Part shown: in pieces, positions 29,301 to 41,263 of the stretch
Numbering within the stretch: the stretch's first letter is position 1
How the letters are laid out: every line of letters starts with the position of its first letter
DNA from: an uncultured Methanosarcinales archaeon
Lineage (GTDB): Archaea; Nanobdellota; Nanobdellia; Woesearchaeales; DATDXC01
Assembly: GCA_964510025.1 (NCBI GenBank)
Contig: CAZDZV010000008.1
Location: forward strand, 1-64,000
DNA: 64,000 nucleotides
Direction: 5' to 3'
Program-made: the position numbers and the translations under genes
The notes under the pieces: generated by a model
Told to the model about the DNA's origin: nothing
Database searches by the model: none
What the model saw: only the letters and a program-made list of their open reading frames with translations

Positions 29301-32300
29301 TATAGGCTGTTTCAACCAGCTTTTGGCTATAGTTCTCCAGAACCTGGCCTGTCTCATCTGTAGCAGCTATGTAAGCCCTATAAAGACCATCGCCGTTGCT
29401 GCTTGTAGACGCCTGCCAGCCGCCTGACGGAGATCTGGAGTTCCATATAGTATCCAGAGCAAGATAGTCCTGGGCGTTGATCCTTCTTCTTATTCCAGTA
29501 AGTGAATCATTGAGGAGTACAGCTTCGTTGACCCAATCCTGGCCGTCAAAATACTGTACCTTCATCATCAGGTGTACCTCCACATCATAGGAGCCAGCGT
29601 TTGATATCTTGCTCTGGTCCTGCTCAGGGATAGTCTTTGAAGAGTGCCCCATAATATACATAGGTTCTGAGAATTCAGCCAGGTACTGTTCATAATTCTC
29701 AACATACCTTACAGCTTCCTGGAGCAGGCTATCTTTTTCAGATGCGATAATAAATTTAGGATGGAGAGGATCAGCTACAGCAAGTATAACCTCATTGTCG
29801 TCATAAATCCAAGAGCCGATCATATCCTCAATCAATGGATTGCTTCCAGGGGTGCCTATGACAAGAAGCTTCTGATCAGTGGTGCTCTGGCTTACAGACA
29901 CTATCTCAGCTATTCCTGTAACCAATGAGAACTGATCTGCAGCAAATGCTTCATCCTCAGAAGGATCATCACCTGTCACTATCCTGTATTCCAAAGGATT
30001 TGAATAGATATCCTCTATCACTTGGTATATTGCGCTTATGTCACCTATTGGCCTTATGGTGTAGAAGCTGAAATGCTGCACGCTGGCAGTGTACATATCT
30101 TCTGCCGGATCGTAGGCTAGGCCACACTGCACACATGGCATCTCATTCCTGTAGACAGACGGAGATGTCATGGCACCTAATCCTGCGAATCCAAGCTTGG
30201 CAGGCTTACCTGACAGACCGGCGAGGCTCTCAGAGCTGAAGCCGATGCCGCTCGACTGAACAATCATATCTTCTCCTATGGGAAGCTTCCTTATGTCCAA
30301 GGGGCCTGACCATTCAACATAGCTGCCATCTGGGCCAGCCACCCTAAAATTTCTCGCGTAGCTTGGATCTCCATCCCAGCTGCAGTGGTAAATGCCGCAA
30401 TCAGGGCCTGTAGTGCCATATCCATCGTCTGCTGTACCATATAGATTTTCGCTCAAGGAGGCCAAGAAGCCATTTATTTGCTCCAATATGCTGTTTTGAG
30501 GCGGATCAGTTAGATTAATCCAATCTGCAATAGAGTATTCGTCTTTCAGTGTCTTTGCCTGTATTGTGAGATTATACTCCATGATCTTCGTGAAGTTGCA
30601 TATACCCAGGTTATCGGTAATATCCTTCTCTTCTTCACATGTATCGATTGTGGTGTCATCACCATCATTGCATTCGACAGGTGTTCCGCCGATGCAGTCT
30701 TCAGTTGGATCACAGGCTTCAGCCCCATCACACCAGAGACCGTTCTGGCAGATAGTATCATCAGGAGCGTGTATGATCTCATCATTTATCTCATCACAGC
30801 TGTCAATGGTGCAGCCAATCCCATCCTCAAGAATAGGGGGGGTGCCATCCTGACATTGTAGCTGGGCATTGCATGTTTCTCCTCCGTTGCAGAATAATCC
30901 ATCATCACAATCGGAATCTACAGTGCAATCCCCTCCTGCTAATGTAAAGAAATTCCACACATCACTCGTAATTGAATTTCCAATGCCGTCATCTACAAAA
31001 ACATACCATTCATATTCAGTGAGAGGATGCCTGGCAGTCCATTCATGGACAGCGTGGTCTCCGCTTGCTGTGCCTGCAAGAGTAGCCAAGTTAGTGAAAC
31101 CTGTGCTGTCCATATCATAATCAAGGAAAAATTCACTATCAGAATCTGTTTCAAACTGGCCAGTATAGGGAGAATAGGTCTGTACATAAATCTTATCTTC
31201 CGCTGGTACGAATTTCATTATACGCAGAAGTCCATTTCCACCTTTAGACCTGGCCTGATAGTTTGCCAGCAGCTGATGAACCGGCTTTCCATCCAAATTG
31301 CTGTCTGTTCTTCTGGATTCACCATCGTTCAGGTGCATATGGCCGCAAAGCACAAGCTGAAGATTTTCGTGATGACGTATGAGCTCATTCCAGATAAATG
31401 AAGTATCACCGCCATACCTGCTGCAGTCTCCTGTGTTGTCCAGCCTCTCTGCATTATCATTCAGATAGGCATGGGTGGTAAGCACAGCTTTCCTGTCTGC
31501 ATAGCTGCTTAAGATGTTGTTAGCCCATCCGATCTCATCTTCTGAGGGACAGAAGTCAATATTAAGGAATATGTAATCCTCTCCGCCGAGCGTCAATAGC
31601 TGGTAGTTGTTTGTGTTCTGATTGAAGCTTCCTCCCCAGTAATCCTTATCCTGGAACCTTGAAACAGGAAGATATTTCTCATAAAATGCAGTAGATGAGT
31701 CAGGGTCATCCTGGGTCTGATGGTCATGATCACCGGGTATGATTCCTATAGGCATATCGCCTTCTATGAGCTTCGTGAGGGTTGCGTTTGCCCTGTTCCA
31801 CTGTGTCAGGCTGTCCCAATCATCTACTATATCCCCCTCATGAAGAACCATCTCTATATTGAGCGTGTTGATGTTATCTATGATCCAGTCTACCTGGCTT
31901 CCAAATATATCCGGATAGTCCTGGACGTATTTCTGCGTGTCCGGAAGGACTATTATTGTGAAATTTTCGGTTTTCTGCCTGCCGAAAAAGCTTACATCCA
32001 TAGAGTTTCCTGCTGTGTGGGTGACATTCACAGCGAGCAAAGGAGACAGGGGGATATTTTCCGAACCATCTTCTGGATAGACCAACCTTACAATTGGGCC
32101 TGTCCTGTAGATGCATGCTCCAAGGTTGTCAGTTATGTCAATCCCCTCATCACATATATCTTCTGTTGATGGAATCCCGTCATCACAATCCACAGGAACG
32201 CCGAGCTGGCAACCTGCCAATGCATCGCACACCTCAGCCCCATCACACCACAAACCGTTCTGGCAGGCAGCATCATCTGGAGAATGGGTTATCGTATCAG

Positions 32301-35300
32301 TTGCTTCATCGCATGCATCCACAGTGCACCAGACACCATCATCCAATGCAGGAGAAGTACCTTCAAGACATTCTCCTGTCTCAAGATTGCATGTTTCTTC
32401 TCCGTTGCAATATAGACTATCATCACAATCGGCATCAGATGCGCAGCTTCCGGTTTCAATGGTGAAATTATAGTATGCTTCGATAGGATTTCCAGCCAGG
32501 CCAGTATAGACAACACCCTGGTCGTCTGTTGCAGCAACATAAGCCCTATAGAGCCCGGGGCCGAAACTGTTAGAAGATGTGGCCCAGCCGCCTTGAGGCT
32601 CTTTTATGTTCCAGATAAGATCGAGCGCCAGATAGCTTCCTGCTTCGACTGTTCTAGGCGTCCCTTCTGCGGCGTCATCAAAAAGCGTAGCTTCATCTAT
32701 CCAGCTGTCCCCATCAAATCGCTGCACCTTCATCAAGAAATAGACAGTCACATCATCGGCTTCATTGTTGGTAATCTTGCTCTGGTCTTCCTCGGGAATC
32801 GTCTTGCCGCTCTGCACAATGACATATTCTGCTGGAGAGTTGTACCATTCACCCTCTATCTTGACGCATCCGTAATATTCAAGCAGGGTGCCAAAATCAG
32901 AGAAATCAGGGGGCAATGTTATTGAGCATTCTATTGTGCCTTGATTATCATAGGCGCTGCACCCGCTGTTCAATTCTTCATTTGTATGCAGGTCATTGCA
33001 GCCCTCTGTTTTTACGTTGGCATTCCCAATATAGTAGTCATCAACAGCATCCTTCTTCAATGGATCTACGATGATATCATCCTTGATCACCTTGGTTGAT
33101 TCGTAGTCAATGTAAGTCGGTGAGCTGACAAGTTCTGATAAGGTGGTCCTGGGGCATGCAATCACAGGCCCTTCAGGTTCATCTGGTTCAGTGCCTGCCG
33201 GTATTATATTGCCGCAGAACCTGCATCCGGGGCCTGAGTAGTCTGCTGCACATAGCTGATAGGCATTCGGCATTTGGGCTCCGCCACCAGCTGAAAATAC
33301 ACCAGGTTCGATCTGTAGATTAGCTGAATCTGCATCAGCAGCGACCAGCACGGGATCTGGACAATGCTCAGGCTGCTCACCAAACTCAATACTGATGATT
33401 GTATCCGGCTCCAGATTAATGACCTTAAACCATGTGCCTTTTCTTATGGTTTTGTAGTTTGTTCTTAATGAGCCAGACGGCGGATCTGCCATTATCTTGC
33501 TTTGGGGGAAGATGCCGCATTCATCATATCCCCAGTTATTTGCAACAAAAAAAGTCACGCATGCAAAACCTGTCCCGTCAGCGGCGCCTACTTTCATGTC
33601 GAAATTCAGAAAACCATCGTTAGATGCAGCAGCAGCAGCCACATCATTCCCAAGATCAATATCCACAAATTCTGGATCCCCAATCTGATCCCAGCCGTCT
33701 TCGCCAAAGCGGAACAGCCCAACATCCTGGATATTGTTCAGCCTTCCTGCCCTGCCCTGCTGGTCTATAAATCCATAATAATCTATCTGTGTGTCCGGAT
33801 GCGGCTTAAGTTTTTGGCCGTCATCTGGATCATAGAAGAAAACCTCTATGGCAGATACAGGCACCATCCTCTCTTCATCAGTATCCTGGATATCGTAGGT
33901 GTTTATCTCATTGGTCATGTCTCTCAATACTGCCACCAGGTAGTCTTTTTCATAGTCGAGCCATTCTCCGTTAATCTCTTTCAGGAATCTGCTTCCGGCA
34001 GGTATGACTACCCTTGTTACGCCATCTGTGCAGCTTTCAGTCACCTGCGTATCGCCTGTCAGGGAGACTTCCTCAGCATCTGCAGGAGGAAGCCCTATCA
34101 TTGTGTCTGGCCCCCAATTGTTCTGTCCAGCGTCCAGTTCCTCAGCATAGGTTGCAAGGAAAGGATATTCTATGCCCTGCTGAAGCGCCACACTGGGCTC
34201 TATAGATGCGATGACTTTCATAGAATACTGCTGGTCTGCCATATAGCAGTTGCAGTTCGGGGGCTGTATGTAGTTAGATATGAAGAAAGAGAAATAACCT
34301 TGCGAGTCGGTAACAGCCCTCTCTATCTCTCTTTCTTCTCCCATCTCCTTCATCAGGACTACATCTGCGCCAGCTATCGGTATAATAGACGGGTCGTCAG
34401 GAGCCTTGAAAGAGCTATCTTCATTCATAGCAGAGGTCAGCACAATAATCCTGCCCTGAAGCCTGTTCTTCAGCTGCTGCGCATCGGAAATCAACATGGC
34501 ACCCATCGTACTTCCGCCAATAGTGGGATCTATGCTCCTCTGGTTAAGATAGTCCGCCGAGCATAACGGCTCTTCCAGCTCAGGAATATCCTGCCCCATG
34601 AAACTAACGCCGCCCGGTACAGGATCATACCCTGTTATTATCATACCAGGACCCCTGAAAAGGTTGGAAGCAAAATCATTCAGCATATTCCGGAAGATTT
34701 CAAAAAAGCCCTGTGTTTCTACAGGCGGATCAGTAAGGTTGACCCATTCTTCCAGCTGATATATGTCTTTGAGTGTCTTCGCCTGTATATCGAGGTCAAG
34801 CTGCTGTCCATACATTATTGAAAATTCATGTTGGTCCATAAGCGGACGGCCCCCAATGTCCTTCAGTACATGGCCGCTGGAGTTATGGACTGAGACAGTC
34901 GCCCTGTATAGGCCAGGCCCCACGCCTTCTGTCGTATCCCATCCAATCACATTCCACATCGTATCCAGCGGGATTACCTGGTGGGAATTAATCTCCCTTT
35001 TTGCAGATGCAGCCAGATCGTCGGCAATATCCTTGATTCTTACCCAGGAACTGCCATCATAATAGTCAACACCCATCTTGATATAGACCGGAATGTCCTC
35101 CACGTCTTCATTTTCCAGCTTTGACTGGTCTGCATCAGAAGTTGTCTTGATCCCATCACAGTAATGAGATGCTGAAGCAGCATGTGCAGCTATCGTATCC
35201 GGCGCCAGGGCAGTATTATAGATGGCAACCTCATCGATATTGCCGTTGAAAAATGATGGATTTATGTCCATATGGATGCTGGCTCCTATCCACATATGGT

Positions 35301-38300
35301 CCCAGCCAGTATAGCTGGTCTGCAGCATTTCCAGGTCAAATGTACTGTCCATGTTGCCGTCCAGGAACAGGGATAGGTTATCTGCAGCATTGTCATAAGT
35401 GACAGCTATATGGTGCCACTCATCTAGGCTGATTTCTGCATCTCCCATCATGTAGGTTCCAAAGACAGGACCATACACATTTCCTCCGCAGTCTGTGCAG
35501 AAGAATATCCTGTTATCCCTGATACCAAGCAGATATGCCTGCCTGTATACAGACATGCGCTTTGCAGCGATAGTTGCCCAATTGTCATTTCCATACTGGC
35601 CTTGGTGCTTTACCCAAGCCTCAATTGTAAGGTTATCCTGTATGTTGAGGCCCAGGGGATCTACATCTGTGCATAGTTTCCAGCCGTCTTCTGTCCTCAG
35701 CCCATTTTTAACCCTGCCCTCCTCACCGAGATAAGCGTCACAAACAAGGTCATTATTGTTAGAGGAGTCTTTAGCTATGCTGCCTTCTTTCTCGTCAAAT
35801 TTCCAGTAGCTAACCAATGAGTCTGGATTGCAGATCTCTTTTTTGCAGTCCAAAGCACATCCATCTCCGCTGAACCCATTGCCATCGTCACATTGCTCGC
35901 CGTCGTTGAGGATACCATCCCCACAAGGCCCAGCATCTGAAATTACCATCCCCTGAGGCGGATCTGTCAGCATCACTGTCTCTCCCATCTGGTACAAATC
36001 CTTAATTGTCCTGATTTGCACAGAAAGATTTGCAGCTTCGCTATAATACAGTGTCCTGTTGCCTGAGATGTTGGTATTGCTGTCCAGTGTGCAGCTGGCC
36101 CAATATTCATATGGTATGCCTTCCATAAGATCCGGCACTGTGAAGTCTGCCCATGTATCCGGACCGTTGTTATGCACATTCATCGCATAGTTTATCAAAG
36201 GCTTGAAGTTCTGCACAGATGTTCCTGATACCCCGTTGATGCTGCAACTCTGCCCGTGATCAGCCACTCTTGACGCTTCTACAGGAGCGCCTGTTCCGCA
36301 ACCTTCAAGCCCAGGACACTCCAGTATGTTAGCGCAGTTACCTGTGCCTTTGTCCACGTAGAAATCCGCCAGCCCTGTAAAGCCTTCAGCTGCTGTATAA
36401 GGCCCTGCACGGAACCCCTTTTCCACTGTTATCTGGTTAAAATCCAAGTCAGACTGGCTGAAGTCATGCACAAATTCTATGAGCGGCTTTTGGCTGTTTT
36501 CATCAAAGATCCTGATAAGATATGCTCCTTTCAGGTTTCTAACCCTTGTCCTGTCTGGGTCACCATAGCCTATGTAAGGGACAGGGACCATATCGGTGCC
36601 ATCACCGTAATATTCCCTAATATTATCAACTGTCGATGTCTGCACATATCCGATTATATCGTTGCCAGAAGTCCCGGTGCAGGCTATATGGTCCTCGCAA
36701 TATGTTTCATCGCAGCAATCAATGATGTCATTGCAATCGATCAGACCATCTTCATCTTCATCCACTGTGCTGTCGCAAACCTCGGGCGCAGGGCAGATTC
36801 CTTCCCCGTTGCAGTACGCAAATTCGCAGCAGTCTACATCATCACAGTCAATCACACCATCACAATCATTATCCTGTCCGTCATTGCAGCTTGTCTCTTT
36901 TGCTTCCTCTCCAGCGGTAGGCGAGCAGTCCAGCTCATCACAATAACCCCCTGTTGTCTCTATCTTAAGTGTATTGTATGCACCTCCGCCTATATGCCCT
37001 CTGGCAGATGTTGATGTGGCTACCGTCACTGTATTTTTTGTCCTCACAGTCTCAGGATCCAAATCAAGCACATATTCACCTACAACATTGGTGTTGGACC
37101 AGACCTTTATCAGCTGGCCGTTAAAGTATACAACCGTATCCCTTTTGCCCAGATTTGCGGTTCCTGGAGAGAATGCAATAACAAGCTTTGCATAGCCTTT
37201 CACAGGAATAAGCGGCTCAGGGACATCAAGCTCAATGGTGTAGACAGGATGATTTGGACAGACAAGGCCCCATGATGACACAGTATGCAGGGTCAACAAG
37301 GGAAGCTCTGGCCAGTCTATATTATCTGGCACAGTGTAGGTTAAGTCTATGGTCTTCTGGAATGTTGCGGCGCCAACCTCTATCTGTGCAGTCCCCGCAG
37401 GTGTATTTGGCATTGCAAAGAAGTATGCCGTGAAGCTGACACTCTGTCCAGGTTCCAGCCTATATCTTCCCAGTTTGGGCTTAAGATAAAGGTATTCTGC
37501 TAATTCGCCTTTTACACTCACAGTAAGGTCTGTAAGCACCTCCAGGCCAGTATTTGTTATGGTAAATTCCTTTCTTGTGTCGAGGCAGATTTGCCCGGCC
37601 TCACTGGCACCAGGCATTATAGCTATATCCCACAGCTGGCTGGGAGAGATATCAAAGTTATAGTTGGTTGGGTTGATCTCCGGAAGGTTAACTGTTATTG
37701 TAGTGGGCTCTATTACCTCTTCCAGGCAGGACTCTATCGAAAGGTCAAACCTGACCTGGTCTTTGTCCCATACCTCATCAAGCATCGCACCATAGATGAA
37801 TTCACCTGTCTGCTCAGGCTGTATCACTCCCGGGTATTGCGTGGAAAAAACGCCTTTGCCGCTTATCTCAGGCACATCAGCAGCTTTGATGATTCCCTTA
37901 ACATCAAAGGCAGACTCATACAGGTGCTGGTTTTCGACCAAAACAGACCCCGTCATCCTGTCCCGATGACCATCCTGCTCCAGATCTGCGGAAGCCAGAT
38001 GAAGGTCCCCAACAGTGCACTCAAACTCGAAATTATCACAGTCTGCTGCGCAATTTTCCTTGTTCTCTCCTGCAGCGCATTTAGCGTCTCCACATACAGA
38101 GCAGGAAGATGTGTCAAAGCCACATTCATCGGTGCAGCTCAAGGTTCCCCCATAAGAGTTGTAAACCTGAGTTTCGCAGCTTTCTCCATTCAGGTTTGCC
38201 CCATCGCAGTCCTCATCAGAGTCTATCTCACCGTTTCCACAATCTGTCCCATAGGGCTCATCAGCTATCCCGTACAGATTGCCGGGATTGAAAAGAGAAG

Positions 38301-40254
38301 CAAAAAAATTCCTAATGCCCTGCCAAAGACCAGTTTCCTGCCCGGGCAGCGGAGGATCCCAGTGCAGTGTGCAGGAATCTACATTTTTATTTACACTTAT
38401 ATTTACAGTAGCTTCGCCTGTATGCAGTATTGAGCCATTTGCAGGTGTCGGCTCGATAAATCCTATCCCAATATCCTGACCTGCACACAGATATTTGCCC
38501 TGCCCGTAGTTATAATGATCTGATATTTCATCTGGTGTAAGTGCCTTGCTCCAGACAGCCAGCTCGTCAATCGAGCCTTTATATTTGGCTCCCAGGAGAC
38601 TGTCGGCTCCAACAAACATATCAGCAGCTATATCTATAGCGCCTGGTTTCTGCTTGACGTCATCCTGAAGCTGGCCATCAACATACAGCTTTATCGTGCC
38701 ATCTGCCTCCCTGACACCAACCAGATGCTGCCATCTATCCTGCAGCACTGCACTGTTGCTCTTTACGCCGAGACAGGAGCCTACAAAAACATACCAATAC
38801 CAGTCATTGCCATATTTGGTGAGATAGTAGCCATCACCGGCACAGGATTCTCCGACTACCCTGTAGGCCAGCCTTCCGATGGGCTTGGATAAATCCGGCT
38901 TTGCCCACATTTCCACGGAAAATTCATCCTGGAAATTGAGATCAGCAGAATGAGGGATGGTTATGTAATCCTGGTTTCCGTCAAAGCTAAGCGCATAGTT
39001 TCTTTTTCCTCCAGAATCTATCCAAACAGCATCTGCTATAGTGCCATGATTGCTGTTGCTCGTCCAGTCGTGAAGTATGCTGCCGGTATTTGTGTCGAAC
39101 CGGTAGTAGGCTACCAAGCTGTCAGCGTCGCAGACCTCGTAGTCGCATGTGGACGAACATCCATCCCCATCAGCTAGATTGCCATCGTCGCATTGCTCAC
39201 CTGCATCAATATTGCCGTTGCCGCAGCAGAGCTCATCAGATCCATCGCAATCCTCGTCTATCCCATTATCGCAAACCTCAACTGCTCCGGGATATGTGTT
39301 TGGATCAGCATCATTGCAGTCTATTTGCGATAGATTGGCAAAATGCTCTATATTATAATATCCTGATGGACAGCTTGCCTGGCTGACTACTGTTCCATCT
39401 GAGTAAAGGTCATTATCCTGGTCCTTGTAGCAGAGCTGGCTGTCTGAGCTTAGTTGATAGCAGAAGCTTAGCGGATGGTCTAACTGATAATGAGCAGTCT
39501 GCGTATTTATGGGGCAAACAACTGTTCCTGGACCGTTGTAGTTCCCAGGATTACAGCCCGAAGTACCTCTACACTCCACTTGTGCTATTGTATCAAGGAG
39601 CTCTAGGCTCTGATATCCCTTTGGGCAGGGAAATCCAGAAGCGGCCCTGTATCCAACTACCCTATTTTGCTCTTTTCCCATACCATACATGCCGCCAAAA
39701 TGAATCGGCTCATCGCCAGTATAAGGTCTTATGCAGTAGTAGCTTAGCCTGTCAACAGAAGCACCAGCCATACCTGTCATAAATATCCTCTTGAAGCCAT
39801 CAGGGCAGCTATAGTAATCTGTTGCCGGATTCTCCTTGCCAGGAGGCATCTTCATCCTAGCTCTTCTCATCCAAGGTTCCCAGTCAATCGTGGGCTTTTC
39901 ACCGTACATACCCCCAAAATCATAAATCCCCCCTGATCCGTCCCACGGCTTGATGCAATAGTATAGGGATACATCCCCTCCCCATATAGGCTGAAAGCCT
40001 TCCTGCAGGCAATTGATTCCTGGAATAGATGTGGGGTTGGCTCCCCATGCCTGATGGGCTGTATACCCATCAGGACAGGAACATTCACCAGTTGCAGGAT
40101 TTCGAGTCATGCATCTGCCTATGGGTGCAGAATTCCTGTTGGTCGAATAAACGCCTCCAAAATAATAAAGCTGAGCAGAGAAGACTGCTGGAAGGACCAG
40201 TGCTAGTATGGCTATCCATATGCCTATTGATTTATTGCACACTCTTTTTTTCAT
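2358..40254 (-). CDS. Giant secreted Cys/Asp-rich multidomain surface protein, at least ~12,600 aa (one gene across a scaffold gap)
   Basis: The ORFs of 7464 and 5223 aa meet at the 100-N gap, and the same repeat unit lies on both sides. Sec-type signal MKKRVCNKSIGIWIAILALVLPAVFSA. Contains LamG x3, Ig-like (Big_2-type) repeats, a metallophosphoesterase, a NosD-like beta-helix, TSP3-like and disintegrin-like repeats, and dozens of D-x-D-x-DG-xx-DC-x-D-x-x-C repeats. Confidence 0.88.
5191..5273. repeat. 83-bp identical dispersed repeat, copy 1 (others at 10396-10478 and 24509-24591)
   Basis: Direct reading: tctatgccgtcagcgcatgagt...gcctgccagcagtc is identical in all three places. Confidence 0.9.
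17700..18440 (-). repeat. Array of disintegrin-like ~32-aa Cys repeats (CRxxxGxCDxxExCxGxxxxCP)
   Basis: CRAADKICDIEEFCTG, CRTSNGDCDPEEKCTG, CRNAEGVCDIPEVCDG, CRDADGDCDVAEFCTG and others. Confidence 0.85.
17894..17993. other. Assembly gap (100 N) inside a 192-bp tandem repeat
   Basis: Run of exactly 100 N. 17994-18048 equals 18186-18240, and about 17839-17893 matches 18098-18152. Confidence 0.97.
31110..31968 (-). other. Calcineurin-like metallophosphoesterase domain within the giant protein
   Basis: Ordered motifs LPDTQ, HEGDIVD, PGDHDH, TTH, LCGHMH. Confidence 0.85.
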
Positions 40255-41057
40255 CTTAGTTTTGAAAGCTTTTCCAGTGCATCTTCGCTATACTCTGCAT
40301 CCTTGTGGATATGCTTGAGCTTTGAAAAAACATCCTGCTTGTCCTGTTTTTTCTTAAGCTTATCCAATGTGACAAACTCGTCCCTAGCAGCTGTTTCCGG
40401 ATGCCTGCTTTGCTCGGGATGATTCTCATGGCTGTGCTGCTGTATATGTGATTGTGAAGTCTGCTGGCGGGCCTGTTGAGGAATGTAACGTCGCTGAGGC
40501 TGGGCAGCAGGCATTCTCTGGAATTGTTGAACTCTTTGCTGAGAAGATGTCTGGCTTTCAGCGTGCTTTTTGCTTACATGGTGCGCAAATTTCAGCATAT
40601 TGAAGATATGGGTCCTATAAGCTACAAACACAACAATAACCACTACAATCAGGATAGCGATGGCCCATATCAATGTGCGCATCAGGGTGTTCTCAACAGG
40701 CGTCAGCAGCGCGGGCTGCACAGGAACTGCAGAGCTTCCCTGCTTATCTGAAATAAGCGGGTTGGTTCCCTGTTTGAACTCATCGATATTGGATATGCCA
40801 TCATTATCAGGATCCCTTTTGGCATCATCCACATCATATCTAAGTCCATGCTTCTTTTCCCATATATCTGTCATACCATCATTGTCAAAATCAAGTGGAT
40901 GTTCATCTTCAGAATCTGGGATCCCATCAAGATCAGTATCCTGCAGCCCTGTACCCGCGCCTGTCTTTGATATCTGGGAATTATTCAAGAAAATGATCGC
41001 TCCACCTATCAAAATCAACAGTATCACCCAACCTGCAGGATTATTCCTTCTCATCAT
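40251..41057 (-). CDS. Membrane protein with TSP3-like Ca-binding repeats, two hydrophobic helices and a Gln-rich tail
   Basis: DTDLDGIPDSEDEHPLDFDNDGMTDIWE...DPDNDGISNIDEFKQGTNP; hydrophobic segments at the N-terminus and mid-protein; ATGA overlap with the giant gene start. Confidence 0.8.
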   Translation of the reverse strand: MMRRNNPAGWVILLILIGGAIIFLNNSQISKTGAGTGLQDTDLDGIPDSEDEHPLDFDNDGMTDIWEKKHGLRYDVDDAKRDPDNDGISNIDEFKQGTNPLISDKQGSSAVPVQPALLTPVENTLMRTLIWAIAILIVVVIVVFVAYRTHIFNMLKFAHHVSKKHAESQTSSQQRVQQFQRMPAAQPQRRYIPQQARQQTSQSHIQQHSHENHPEQSRHPETAARDEFVTLDKLKKKQDKQDVFSKLKHIHKDAEYSEDALEKLSKLR

Positions 41058-41181
41058 CTAACTCCTTTTTCATAAAAAGCTCTATCCTTTTAGAAAGCAT
41101 TATAGCATTCTCTTCACAGTGCTTCTTGTAGCTATCATAAACTTCAGAATCAATACTCAATGTCACCTTTTTTTTGGCCAC
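41041..41181 (-). CDS. Small ribbon-helix-helix (CopG-like) DNA-binding protein, 46 aa, missing from the ORF track
   Basis: Manual translation from GTG: MAKKKVTLSIDSEVYDSYKKHCEENAIMLSKRIELFMKKELDDEKE*. Alternating beta-strand KVTLSID followed by two helices. Confidence 0.8.
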   Translation of the reverse strand: MAKKKVTLSIDSEVYDSYKKHCEENAIMLSKRIELFMKKELDDEKE

Positions 41182-41235
41182 TTTGTTCCTGTTTTCTGTG
41201 AGTTATTGTTGTACTTCTATTTAAATATTTCTATT

Positions 41236-41263
41236 TATATTAATGTACTAATACATTAATATA
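41236..41263. promoter_or_regulatory. Perfect 12-bp inverted repeat in an AT-rich promoter region (candidate operator)
   Basis: TATATTAATGTA-ctaa-TACATTAATATA, 55-82 nt upstream of the RHH start. Confidence 0.55.

Noticed and set aside
33502..34566. Long plus-strand ORFs opposite the giant gene (also 22287-23327, 37591-38433, 8508-9212)
   Set aside because: Antisense shadow ORFs with no recognisable motifs or plausible composition.
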